Positions 31,870-41,777 of a stretch of DNA of 64,000 nt are shown here, piece by piece. Under the pieces are notes generated by a model. The model was not told the origin of the DNA and made no database searches. It worked only from the letters and a program-made list of their open reading frames with translations. Source of the DNA: Oceanispirochaeta sp. (GTDB lineage Bacteria > Spirochaetota > Spirochaetia > DSM-2461). Location: contig CAXXOA010000002.1 in the NCBI GenBank assembly GCA_963666275.2, forward strand, positions 1,024,001 to 1,088,000, read 5' to 3'. The position numbers and the translations under genes are program-made. Position 1 is the first letter of the stretch. Each line of letters starts with the position of its first letter.

Positions 31870-32625
31870 TTGAAAAGAGTGATCCGGGAATTTCACTACA
31901 GGGACGCCCACTTTCATATTCATACAGAGGCCTGGGAAAAGGTGACTTCCTCCATCATTGAGGAGCGGCGGAAACTGGAGTCTTTTATCCGCCGGTTTCC
32001 GGTTTTTGAAAGCTCCCTCTCACCCCTTGTTTTCACTTCAGCCGAACTGAAACAGGCCCCTCTCTCTGTTGTGAGAATGCAGGAAGCCTCGGTTCTTACC
32101 GGTCTGGGCCCCATGGCCGCCGTAGCAGGAACAATGGCTCAGCTTGCCGCGGAGGAGTCCCGCCGCAGAGGTTCGGCCGAATCGATCATAGAGAACGGGG
32201 GAGACCTTTTTCTTGACTGCCGATCCGATGTCACCCTGGGGCTCTTTACGGGAGATAACCGCCGCTTCGGATCTCTGGCTCTTCGGATTTCCCCGGAGAT
32301 GATGCCCCTTGCGGTTTGCTCCTCTTCGGGGCGGATGGGGCACTCCCTCAGCCTGGGGGATGCGGATGTGGTCACGGTCTTCTCAGGCAATGCCTCTCTG
32401 GCCGATGCGGCAGCCACTCTGGGAGGAAACCTTGTGGTATCGGAAGACACTATTGAACCGGCTCTGAATACTCTCATGGAGATTGAAGGTGTTACAGGCT
32501 GCTTCATTATCCGGGATGACAGGTTCGGTTCTGCCGGACGGATTCCAGAACTGCTGCGCAGTCATGATGCCCGGCTGCCCGATAAGGTCTCCAGGGATGA
32601 TTCTTCAAACTTTCCTCTTTTATGA
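31870..32625 (+). CDS. ApbE-like UPF0280 protein (sulfur assimilation associated)
   Basis: GPMAAVAG, IIENGGD, CSSSGRMGHSLSLGDAD, LADAAAT. Confidence 0.88.
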   Translation: MKRVIREFHYRDAHFHIHTEAWEKVTSSIIEERRKLESFIRRFPVFESSLSPLVFTSAELKQAPLSVVRMQEASVLTGLGPMAAVAGTMAQLAAEESRRRGSAESIIENGGDLFLDCRSDVTLGLFTGDNRRFGSLALRISPEMMPLAVCSSSGRMGHSLSLGDADVVTVFSGNASLADAAATLGGNLVVSEDTIEPALNTLMEIEGVTGCFIIRDDRFGSAGRIPELLRSHDARLPDKVSRDDSSNFPLL

Positions 32626-32721
32626 GTCCCTGTTTCCCACTACAGGGGGAAGAAAGACATTTACGATTCGGGAAAGTCGATTATACTGTAAGGCCAGAAT
32701 ATCAGATAGAAAGGACAAACC

Positions 32722-34287
32722 ATGTACAATATGATCCTTGTGGATGACGAGGCTATTATACGGGAGGGCGTCTCCAGCGTGATCCCCTGGGAAGAGAACG
32801 GGTTCTCTCTGGCAGGGGTCTTTGAACACGGCCTGTCCGCACTGGAATACATCGAATCCCATCCTGTGGATGTGGTCCTTTCGGATATCAATATGCCCCG
32901 GATGAACGGCCTGGAACTGAGCCGGATCCTGGGAGAACGCTATCCGGATATGACAGTCATACTCCTGACAGGGTACGATGATTTTGAATACGCCCAGGAA
33001 GCAGTCCGGAATCAGGTCAGGGAGTTCCTTCTTAAACCGATAACGAAAAAAGAACTTTCAAAGGTCCTTGGAACCATCCGGGAGGAACTGGACAGGAAGA
33101 GGGAGCAGAAGAAAGCCCAGGAGGTGCTGCTCGCCAAGCTGGAACAGAGTTTTCCCCTGCTGAAGGAACGGTTCCTCTGCCGGCTTCTCAACGGCAGGAT
33201 CAGCAGAGAGGAACTGGAGTCCCGCCAGGAGTTCACGGGATGGATCGATCTGAAAAGCTATTATGCCATCATCCTGATCCGGTCCCCTCAGGACTGGGAC
33301 GATCTTGACCGCCTCTCTCTCTCGGAAACTCTGAAGGAGAAAGTAAGAGAGGAGGATGAGGTTTTCTTCAACAGGAATGAGGATCTCATTATGCTGCTGC
33401 AGGATCAAAACCCGGAGGAGCTTGAAACCCGCACTATCCAGATGGCACAGGAGGCTTTCCGCTTTACCTCCCGCAATGAGGGAAAACAGGTCTCCATCGG
33501 CTGCGGAGAGGTGGTGGACGGGGTGGGGAAACTCGAACGATCCTATCTGGGGGCCCAGAATGCTGTGGAGTATGCCCGTCTTCTGGGGCTGTCCCATATC
33601 CTTTCGGTTCAGGATATCCGGAGCAGGGAAGCCATCTCTCCCGAACAGTTCAATGCCTACTGCGGCAGGATTATAAGCAGCCTGAAAGAGGGGGGGCTCG
33701 AGGACAGCCTTGAGGCTCTGGAGGAGCTGCTGGGGTATCTGGCCTCCCATTATCTGACTTCAGATCAGCTTGTTGTGGGATTTATGCATTTTTATCAGAT
33801 GCTTGATTCCTTTGCCCGGGATATGGACCTGCAGGAGGATGCCGGAGATAGTCTTATCTCCCATACCGGAGAGTTCGAATCGCTTGAAACAGCCACCCTG
33901 TTTTTCAGGAATCTCATACAGAGCCTGGATGAGAGGATCAGGAAAAGACGGAATGACATGCTTTTCTCCCGGATAGACAAGGCTAAACATATTATCCGGG
34001 AACGGTTCCGGGAGAGCCGTTTCTCCCTGCAGGATATCTGCGATGAACTCTACCTTTCCACAAGCCAGTTCAGTCTCCTTTTCAAGGACGGCACAGGCCA
34101 GACCTTTGTGGAGTATCTCACCGCTTGCCGGGTCGAGGAAGCCAAGAAACTTCTGGCCGGGACAGATCTCAAGGGCTATGAGATTGCGGAAAAAGTCGGG
34201 TATACGGACCCCCGCTATTTTACAATCATTTTCAAAAAGCAGACGGGAATGACCGCTATGGAGTACCGCAGGAGCCGGAAGACATGA
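32722..34287 (+). CDS. YesN-type response regulator (REC + AraC HTH)
   Basis: LVDDE, SDINMP, LLKP; C-terminal YEIAEKVGYTDPRYFTIIFKK. Confidence 0.95.
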   Translation: MYNMILVDDEAIIREGVSSVIPWEENGFSLAGVFEHGLSALEYIESHPVDVVLSDINMPRMNGLELSRILGERYPDMTVILLTGYDDFEYAQEAVRNQVREFLLKPITKKELSKVLGTIREELDRKREQKKAQEVLLAKLEQSFPLLKERFLCRLLNGRISREELESRQEFTGWIDLKSYYAIILIRSPQDWDDLDRLSLSETLKEKVREEDEVFFNRNEDLIMLLQDQNPEELETRTIQMAQEAFRFTSRNEGKQVSIGCGEVVDGVGKLERSYLGAQNAVEYARLLGLSHILSVQDIRSREAISPEQFNAYCGRIISSLKEGGLEDSLEALEELLGYLASHYLTSDQLVVGFMHFYQMLDSFARDMDLQEDAGDSLISHTGEFESLETATLFFRNLIQSLDERIRKRRNDMLFSRIDKAKHIIRERFRESRFSLQDICDELYLSTSQFSLLFKDGTGQTFVEYLTACRVEEAKKLLAGTDLKGYEIAEKVGYTDPRYFTIIFKKQTGMTAMEYRRSRKT

Positions 34288-36080
34288 AAAACTCTCTCCG
34301 CTTCGGGACTCTGGACTCCCGTATCTATACCATTTTTACCCTGATGATCTTTCTGGCCATTTTCATTATGCAGCTTGTCTCCTTCCGGTTCACCATCAAT
34401 ACGGTCAGAAGCTCAACTCTGGAGAGCAACCGGGCAATGCTGGAACAGCTTGTCAATCAGATGGACACCTATATCGCCGGGATGGAGCAGATCTCCGTCT
34501 CGGTTACCACTGATCAGGAGATTCAGACTCTATTGAATATGGAGGCTCCTGTCCCGGCGGCGGAAAAAGAGCTGTTGAACGGGGTGATCCAGAACAGACT
34601 TTACAACTATATCCAGGCCAGGGAGGATATCTCGGATATCCTTGTGATCGGATACAACGGGGAAACCATTTCCAGCGACAAAACCGCACAGATCAATCCC
34701 TGGACCTCCATAGAGGATAAGGACTGGTATTCCGGTGCGGTCGAAGCCTTTGACAGAACCGTTGTCTCCACATCCTATGTCCAGAATCTCATAAAGAACA
34801 GGTATTCCTGGGTCGTTTCCCTCAGCAGAGCGATCCTCTCCCTGGAAGACCGGCGCATCATCGGCGTTCTGCTGGTGGACCTGAAGTTCAACAGGATCAA
34901 AGAGCTCTGCCAGTCCCTGGTGATCGGCAGGAAAGGGTACAATTTTATCCTGGACCGGCAGGGGAACTACATCTACCATCCCACACAGCAGCTGGTTTAC
35001 AGCAATATCAAAAAAGAACCGGTCCGGGAGATCCTGAGTCTGCTGGATCATCCCGGAAGAAACTCCTTCCAGCTGGATGAACGGTACTATCTTGTGGAAA
35101 CCTCGGATCTTACAGGATGGTCCGTTGTGAATGTCACCCATGACAGCGATATCGTCACCGAATGGAAGTCTGTGCAGATTATCTATGCTCTCATAGGGCT
35201 TATCCTTTTTCTGATTGTCGGCCTGGCCACGAACAGGATCTCCTCGGGCATCACCAAACCTGTCAGAAAGCTACAGGAGATCATGCAGGGGGTGGAAACA
35301 GGGGAGTTCCGGCAGGTGGGTCATATCAGGGCCACCGATGAGATCCGGGAACTGGCCCGGGAATATGATCTGATGGTGAGCCGGATCAGAGAGCTCATGG
35401 AAGCCAATATGCGGGAGCAGGAGCTGAAAAGGAAAAGCGACCTCAAAGCCCTGCAGGCGCAGATCAATCCTCACTTTCTCTACAATACCCTGGATTCAAT
35501 TATCTGGATGGGAGAAATGGGGCAGAGTGAAAAAGTGGTGCAGATGACCTCGGCTCTTTCAAAGCTGTTCCGTATAAGCATAAGCAAAGGGCGGGAGTTG
35601 ATACCCATCAAGGATGAGATGGAGCATGTCCTCTCCTATCTGACCATACAGGAGATGCGCTATAAAGATAAATTCACCTATGAAATGGATATCGATCCGG
35701 ATCTATACGATATGATCACCCTGAAAATCACGCTGCAGCCCCTTGTGGAGAATGCGATCTATCACGGGATCAAAGAGGTGGATTATCAGGGACATATTCA
35801 GATATCCGGCTGGCGGGAAGAGAACAATATGATTCTGGAAGTGATGGATAACGGCAGGGGAATGGATGAAGAGCAGCTGCAGGAGATGATCATGGGCCTG
35901 GAAACTCCCCTGGAAAAGCGGCCCCGTCTATCCCGTCAGGGAATGGGTGTGCGGAATGTGCATGAAAGGATCCGGCTCTATTTCGGGGAACAGTACGGGT
36001 TGAGCTGTACCAGTTCTCCCGGGGAGGGGACGGCTATCAGAGTGAAAATGCCCATATCCGAACTGGAGGCGTATATATGA
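34284..36080 (+). CDS. YesM-type sensor histidine kinase (Cache, HAMP)
   Basis: ALQAQINPHFLYNTL, LQPLVENAIYHG, DNGRGM, GMGVRNV. Confidence 0.95.
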   Translation: MKNSLRFGTLDSRIYTIFTLMIFLAIFIMQLVSFRFTINTVRSSTLESNRAMLEQLVNQMDTYIAGMEQISVSVTTDQEIQTLLNMEAPVPAAEKELLNGVIQNRLYNYIQAREDISDILVIGYNGETISSDKTAQINPWTSIEDKDWYSGAVEAFDRTVVSTSYVQNLIKNRYSWVVSLSRAILSLEDRRIIGVLLVDLKFNRIKELCQSLVIGRKGYNFILDRQGNYIYHPTQQLVYSNIKKEPVREILSLLDHPGRNSFQLDERYYLVETSDLTGWSVVNVTHDSDIVTEWKSVQIIYALIGLILFLIVGLATNRISSGITKPVRKLQEIMQGVETGEFRQVGHIRATDEIRELAREYDLMVSRIRELMEANMREQELKRKSDLKALQAQINPHFLYNTLDSIIWMGEMGQSEKVVQMTSALSKLFRISISKGRELIPIKDEMEHVLSYLTIQEMRYKDKFTYEMDIDPDLYDMITLKITLQPLVENAIYHGIKEVDYQGHIQISGWREENNMILEVMDNGRGMDEEQLQEMIMGLETPLEKRPRLSRQGMGVRNVHERIRLYFGEQYGLSCTSSPGEGTAIRVKMPISELEAYI

Positions 36081-37069
36081 AAAACTGGTATCTCCTGCTT
36101 CTCAGCCTTGTGGCGGCTCTCCTTCTGTTTATGGCCCTCTCTTTTCTGTACAACACTTCGGGGACAGAGCTTCCCGAAATGGACGCTCCCGTGGAGATCA
36201 TTCTTAAATCCACGATCGGTCCTTCCATGGATTTCTGGGTTGAAGTGGAGCAGGGTATCTATGAGGCGGCAAAGGAATTCGGTGTGGCCGTGGAGATTTC
36301 CGGTCCCCGTTTTGAACGGGATATCAAAAGGCAGATCCATATCCTTGAAAATGTCATTTCCAAGAATCCCCCTCTGATTATTCTGGCGGCAAACGACTAC
36401 TCCCTCCTTGTGGAACCTGTCATGAAAGCAAGGGACGCGGGAATCCCTGTGATTTCCATCGATTCGGGTATCGATACTGATATCCCTGTCTCTTTCATTG
36501 CCACAGACAATATTATTGCCGGTCATAAAGCGGGGAGGGAGATGAAACGGCTGATTTCAGGTTCCTCCCGGAAGCAGGTGGCGATTGTCAGCCATATACA
36601 GGGAACAGCCACCGCCATTGACAGGGAGCTGGGAGTATCCAGCGCCCTTGAAGGAGAGGAGCTTATCGGTACCTGGTTCTGTGATGTGGACGAGAAGAAA
36701 GCCTATCTGATTGCAAAGGATCTTATGAAAAATCCCGATCTGGGGGGGATTGTCGCTCTGAACGAGGTATCCACCCTGGGGGTCTGCCGGGCAGTGGCCG
36801 AAGAGGATGCAGCTGACAGGATACTGGTTGTGGGATTTGATAATGCTGTAAAAGAGCTATCCTATCTGGAAGAGGGTGTACTGAAAGCGACGGTGGTACA
36901 GCGTCCCTACAATATGGGATACCTCTCGGTCAGGGTCGCTTCAGAGTTTCTTCGAGGCGAACAGGTCCCTCCGTTTATAGATACAGGATCGGTTCTCATT
37001 ACAAGGAAGAATATGTTTGAAAGAGAGTTTCAGGAACTGCTGTTCCCTTTTTCTCATAATAATGAATAA
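36077..37069 (+). CDS. Sugar-binding protein, probable sensory partner of the two-component system
   Basis: N-terminal anchor; IPVISIDS, FIATDN, VVGFD, VVQRPYNMGY; overlaps the kinase stop. Confidence 0.85.
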   Translation: MKNWYLLLLSLVAALLLFMALSFLYNTSGTELPEMDAPVEIILKSTIGPSMDFWVEVEQGIYEAAKEFGVAVEISGPRFERDIKRQIHILENVISKNPPLIILAANDYSLLVEPVMKARDAGIPVISIDSGIDTDIPVSFIATDNIIAGHKAGREMKRLISGSSRKQVAIVSHIQGTATAIDRELGVSSALEGEELIGTWFCDVDEKKAYLIAKDLMKNPDLGGIVALNEVSTLGVCRAVAEEDAADRILVVGFDNAVKELSYLEEGVLKATVVQRPYNMGYLSVRVASEFLRGEQVPPFIDTGSVLITRKNMFEREFQELLFPFSHNNE

Positions 37070-37110
37070 AAACTTTACTTTTTTATCCATCTGAATAAGT
37101 ATTTTTATGT

Positions 37111-38832
37111 ATGTATAAAATATTTTTTAAAATAGCTTTCTGTTTTATTCTGGTATTCTGTATTTCCGAAGCATTCTCCAATTCCATTCTGTTGCCGGAC
37201 AGTGAGGAATTTGTAGATCTGGATCCGATCACACGGGAAGACTGGAAGCTTTCGATTCCTGAGAAAGTCCGTAGCGGCTACAAGGCTCAGTATCTGTACA
37301 TTTCAAAATTGAACACAGATACATATCTGGCGGCTGCGGTTACGCCCTCTTCCGGGATTGGCCAATGGATACTGGAACTCCGTTATCAGTTTGAGCTTGT
37401 GGAAATTCACTACTATTCCAGTGATGAAAATCAGTGGATCAGTAGTATTTCAGGAGATCAGGTCCCCATGAACCACAGGGATCTGCCGCATACCGCCCTG
37501 GTTTTTCCTCTGGATCTTCCCCTCGGAGAGTCGACGGAAATCTATATTCATCTTCAGGATTATCAGAAAAAAGGGACATCCCTGCGGCTGGTCTCCCCCG
37601 GGAAGTTCTTTCTGCAGGCAGGAAGGAGCAATGCCTATCTTTCATTCTCGTTCAGTCTGATTCTGATTATAGGGCTGTACCATTTTTTTCTGTTCCTTAC
37701 GGGAAAGAAGCAGTTCTATCTCTATTACTCTCTGATTATGATCTCTCTGGTGGCGGCTCTGACTGGGAAGCATAGAATCCTCAGTTTCCTGCTTCTGCCG
37801 GGAAGACCCTATGGATACTTTGTCTATCTTTTCTTCAATTCCCTGGCCATTCTCTTCAGTCTGCTCTTTGCCGGGGTCTTTTTCCAGATACCCAAAAGAA
37901 GCCCCGAGAGCAGAATCCTGACAGCTTTCATATCCCTGTTCTCAGTACTGATCCTTCTGTCTCTCCTCATACCAACCCCTCTACTGGGGGATCTTATGAA
38001 TTTCATTATCATTCCCACACTGATTTTCATTCTTTTCCTGATTGTCAGGAAAAGCTTCAAAGGGGATAAGACCTCCCTGATCGTCCTGGTCAGTTTTCTT
38101 CCCCTTGTCCTGGGAGCTCTGCTTGAAAATATCCTTGTGTATTCGGATTTCTTCTTTCTGAACCATCAGGGAACTCTGATTTTGACCGGAACAATGCTCC
38201 ATACACTGATTATGAGCTACTCTCTTGCCATGCAGCAGGCAAAGCTTGATCTCCGTTACACCGCCCTCAGAAAGAACTTCCACAGGCATGTGAACAAGAG
38301 CGTCAGCGACAGGACAAGGGAACTGCAGGACAGTGTGTACAGAGATCCCCTGACGGGGGTGCTCAACAGGGCCTGCCTGGAAGATAAAATAAAAGAACTG
38401 GAAGCAGGGTGTCAGATGGAAATGAGCATTCTCTTTGCGGATCTGGACAATTTCAAATACTACAATGACAATTTCGGACACCCCGTGGGAGACGAGATCC
38501 TGTGCCGATTCTCCCGTTTTCTCCGGGAACATCTGCGTTCGGATGATCTGATATTCCGCTACGGTGGAGATGAGTTTCTGATCTTTATGCCCGATACGGA
38601 AGCCGATCAGGCTCAGAATCTGAGTTACCGCCTTCATCGGGAATTCCAGGAAATGGCTGAGACTCTGTGCCGGGATCTTGTCGAATCCGAGTGTCTTCTG
38701 GGGGTCTCCCTGGGCTACGCATTATGGTCCGGGAAAGAGCCTCTGAAGGGGGCTGTCGAAAAAGCCGACCAGGCTCTTCTGAAAGCAAAGGAGCAGGGAA
38801 AAAATAGAATTGTTCTGTCCTCAGAGCTTTGA
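37111..38832 (+). CDS. 7TMR-DISM-type diguanylate cyclase
   Basis: Exported beta domain (SGDQVPMNHRD...VFPLDL), seven TM helices, DPLTGVLNR, RSDD I-site, RYGGDEF. Confidence 0.9.
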   Translation: MYKIFFKIAFCFILVFCISEAFSNSILLPDSEEFVDLDPITREDWKLSIPEKVRSGYKAQYLYISKLNTDTYLAAAVTPSSGIGQWILELRYQFELVEIHYYSSDENQWISSISGDQVPMNHRDLPHTALVFPLDLPLGESTEIYIHLQDYQKKGTSLRLVSPGKFFLQAGRSNAYLSFSFSLILIIGLYHFFLFLTGKKQFYLYYSLIMISLVAALTGKHRILSFLLLPGRPYGYFVYLFFNSLAILFSLLFAGVFFQIPKRSPESRILTAFISLFSVLILLSLLIPTPLLGDLMNFIIIPTLIFILFLIVRKSFKGDKTSLIVLVSFLPLVLGALLENILVYSDFFFLNHQGTLILTGTMLHTLIMSYSLAMQQAKLDLRYTALRKNFHRHVNKSVSDRTRELQDSVYRDPLTGVLNRACLEDKIKELEAGCQMEMSILFADLDNFKYYNDNFGHPVGDEILCRFSRFLREHLRSDDLIFRYGGDEFLIFMPDTEADQAQNLSYRLHREFQEMAETLCRDLVESECLLGVSLGYALWSGKEPLKGAVEKADQALLKAKEQGKNRIVLSSEL

Positions 38833-38844
38833 TTTTCCTGTAAT

Positions 38845-38903
38845 AATCTTCAATATCTTCCGAATTTAGGAAATATTTCAACATTCTCCGTAAAATCTTC
38901 AAT
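38845..38903 (+). promoter_or_regulatory. Direct repeats upstream of the sugar ABC operon (candidate activator sites)
   Basis: AATCTTCAAT at 38845 and 38894, and ATATTTCAA at 38873 (TTCAA cores of the last two 21 bp apart). Confidence 0.4.
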
Positions 38904-38975
38904 TTCGCGATTTCAAATTCGGGGGGATAATTTTCCTATCCTCACAGGAAAAATCCCAGAAAGGAGTGTGAGATT

Positions 38976-40475
38976 TTGGGAGAAGTTATCCTCTCGATGC
39001 AGAAAATCGATAAACGTTTTTCCGGAGTACATGCACTGAAAAGTGTAGACTTCGAGCTGCGCGCTGGAGAGATTCACGCGCTGATGGGTGAAAACGGAGC
39101 AGGGAAGTCTACACTGATGAAAGCCCTCACCGGTATATACCCTAAAGATTCAGGTGAAATATATTATCTGGGGAAACTCTATAACCCCCGGGACCCGAAA
39201 GAAGCCCTTGGCAGGGGAATCGGGATCATTCACCAGGAACTGAACATGATGGAGCACCTGACGGTAGCTCAGAATATCTTTATTGGCAGGGAATCAACAA
39301 AAGGCAAAGGTCTGTTTCTGGACGACAGGAAAGTGAATCAGAGGGCAGAAGCTCTGTTCAAACGTCTGAATATGGATATCGACCCGAAGGAGACCCTGGG
39401 GAATCTGACTGTCGGAAAGCAGCAGATGGTGGAAATCGCCAAAGCGGTATCACACAATCTTAAAATTCTCATCCTTGATGAGCCAACTGCGGCGTTAACC
39501 GAAACCGAGATCAATGAACTGTTTGCCATTATGCGCGACCTGGCGGCAAAAGGCGTGGGGATGATCTATATCTCTCACCGAATGGATGAAATAGGCCAGA
39601 TTACCGACAGAGTTACGGTCATGCGGGATGGTGAGAATGCTGGTGTGGGAAACACCAAAGAGCTCTCCAAGGAAGATATCATCAATATGATGGTTGGTCG
39701 GGTTATCTATGAAGAACCCAAACAGCAGAGCAATGTTCCCGCCGATGCGGAAGTGGTTCTGAAAGTGAACAGCCTCAATGCGGGAAAGCTTGTAAAAGAT
39801 GTCTCTTTTGAGCTGAGAAGAGGAGAAATCCTGGGATTCGCCGGACTCATGGGTGCCGGTAGAACCGAAACGGCAAGAGCTCTTTTCGGAGCTGATCCTC
39901 TGGATAGCGGATACATAGAAATCAATGGAAAGCCTGTAAAGATTTCCTCCCCGATGGATGCTGTACGGCATGGAATCGGCTATCTGTCGGAAGACAGAAA
40001 AAGATACGGTCTGGCTCTGGGACTGAGTGTTACGGAAAACTCCATCCTGGCGGCGTATGACGACTTTGAGCATGGTCTGTTTGTCCATAAAAAGAAAGTG
40101 GCAAAGATCACCAGCGAGTACGTGGACACCCTTAAGATCAAGACACCTTCGGTTGAACAGCTGCTGAAAAATCTCTCCGGAGGAAACCAGCAGAAGGTTG
40201 TTATTGCGAAATGGCTGATCAAAAACAGTGAAATCCTGATCTTTGATGAACCTACAAGAGGTATCGATGTGGGAGCGAAAAGTGAGATCTACACTTTGAT
40301 GAACGCTCTGGTCAAAGAGGGGAAATCCATCATCATGATCTCTTCCGAGCTCACTGAAGTCCTGCGTATGAGTGACCGGGTTCTGGTCATGTGCGAAGGA
40401 AGAGTTACCGGAGAACTGGATATCAAAGATGCCAGTCAGGAAGAAATAATGAAATACGCAACGAAAAGGGATTAA
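38976..40475 (+). CDS. Sugar ABC transporter ATP-binding protein (RbsA/MglA type)
   Basis: GENGAGKST, ILDEPT, LSGGNQQK, DEPTRGIDVGAK; AGGAG RBS with TTG start. Confidence 0.96.
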   Translation: MGEVILSMQKIDKRFSGVHALKSVDFELRAGEIHALMGENGAGKSTLMKALTGIYPKDSGEIYYLGKLYNPRDPKEALGRGIGIIHQELNMMEHLTVAQNIFIGRESTKGKGLFLDDRKVNQRAEALFKRLNMDIDPKETLGNLTVGKQQMVEIAKAVSHNLKILILDEPTAALTETEINELFAIMRDLAAKGVGMIYISHRMDEIGQITDRVTVMRDGENAGVGNTKELSKEDIINMMVGRVIYEEPKQQSNVPADAEVVLKVNSLNAGKLVKDVSFELRRGEILGFAGLMGAGRTETARALFGADPLDSGYIEINGKPVKISSPMDAVRHGIGYLSEDRKRYGLALGLSVTENSILAAYDDFEHGLFVHKKKVAKITSEYVDTLKIKTPSVEQLLKNLSGGNQQKVVIAKWLIKNSEILIFDEPTRGIDVGAKSEIYTLMNALVKEGKSIIMISSELTEVLRMSDRVLVMCEGRVTGELDIKDASQEEIMKYATKRD

Positions 40476-40481
40476 GAGATT

Positions 40482-41705
40482 ATGGAAACCAAACTGAACG
40501 AAAAAAGCATGGGAGACAAGATCCGCGAAATCGGCCTTCAGAAATTTCTGGCCCCTGCGGCCCTTGTTATCCTCTATATCTTTTTTGGAATCTTCGGAAG
40601 GAACTTCTTTTCCTACACCACCCTGGTGAATATCCTGGATTCCTCCTATTACATCGGATTCATTGCCATCGGTGTAACATTTGTTATTATCACCGGAGGG
40701 ATAGACCTCTCCTGCGGTACTGTCATGATGGCTGCCGCGATCATCGGAGGTACGGCCTATAAATCCTGGGGTTGGCCCATGTGGCTCTCTCTGGTTGTGA
40801 TTATGATTGTGGCCATCGCCTTCGGATTCTTCAACGGTATTATGGTCTCCAGGCTCAATCTGCCGCCCTTCATTGCCACTCTGGGAACCATGATGATCTC
40901 CATGGGTGTGGGATCTATTGTCTCTAACGTAAGAAGTGCCACATTCCCCACAAGAGCGAATGAAGACGGATGGTTCAAGAATATATTCAAATATATTACG
41001 GAAGACAATTTTTCCATTCCAACCGGAGCCATTGTCCTTTTCGGTACAGCCTTTATCTGCTTCATTATTCTGACAAAGACAAAAATGGGACGTTACATCT
41101 TTGCTGTGGGAAGCAACAAGGAAGCCGCCAGACTGTCAGGTGTGAATGTCAGAAAATGGGAAATGATGGCCTATGTGGTCAGCGGTGTTATGTCCGGTAT
41201 CGGCGGTATTGCCTTTGCAGCGGTATATACCACGGTTATGCCTGCACAGGGACAGGGATTTGAGCTGTATGCGATTGCCGGTGCAGTAATCGGCGGTACC
41301 TCCCTTTCCGGCGGTATCGGTACAATCTTCGGTACCATGATCGGTGTTTATATTATGAGTGTTCTGAGAACCGGACTTCCTTCCATGGATCTTCAGTCCC
41401 ACTATCAGACCTTCTTTACCGGTGTGGTTGTAATCGGTGCGGTTCTGCTGGACATCTACAGAAACAAAAAGGCTTCAGAAGTGAAGATTCTGGCTCCTTC
41501 GGATACATACAAAGAGAAGACAACCAGACAGATTCTGATGCTGAAACAGGAAGGCAAGGCAGAAGAAGCGGCCGCTCTGAAAGCCGAGATGAAAGAGACC
41601 TATGTGAAAATGAAAGCCCAGGAAAAAGCGGAAAAGCAGAGAGTCCTGGCAGAGGAAAAAGAGGCGGAAAGGCAGTTTGAACTGGAGATGAAATCCCAGC
41701 AGTAA
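40482..41705 (+). CDS. Sugar ABC transporter permease with charged C-terminal extension
   Basis: GGIDLS, PPFIATLG, GSNKEAARLSGV, AVIGGTSLSGG. Confidence 0.95.
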   Translation: METKLNEKSMGDKIREIGLQKFLAPAALVILYIFFGIFGRNFFSYTTLVNILDSSYYIGFIAIGVTFVIITGGIDLSCGTVMMAAAIIGGTAYKSWGWPMWLSLVVIMIVAIAFGFFNGIMVSRLNLPPFIATLGTMMISMGVGSIVSNVRSATFPTRANEDGWFKNIFKYITEDNFSIPTGAIVLFGTAFICFIILTKTKMGRYIFAVGSNKEAARLSGVNVRKWEMMAYVVSGVMSGIGGIAFAAVYTTVMPAQGQGFELYAIAGAVIGGTSLSGGIGTIFGTMIGVYIMSVLRTGLPSMDLQSHYQTFFTGVVVIGAVLLDIYRNKKASEVKILAPSDTYKEKTTRQILMLKQEGKAEEAAALKAEMKETYVKMKAQEKAEKQRVLAEEKEAERQFELEMKSQQ

Positions 41706-41733
41706 AAGGCTTTTCACACAAAAAAGGTATATA

Positions 41734-41757
41734 CCCGGATCTGGGAACAGATCCGGG
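41734..41757 (+). other. Perfect 10-bp intergenic hairpin with GGAA tetraloop
   Basis: CCCGGATCTG-GGAA-CAGATCCGGG; no downstream U-tract on either strand. Confidence 0.7.
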
Positions 41758-41777
41758 AAAAAATACAGGAGGATTTT

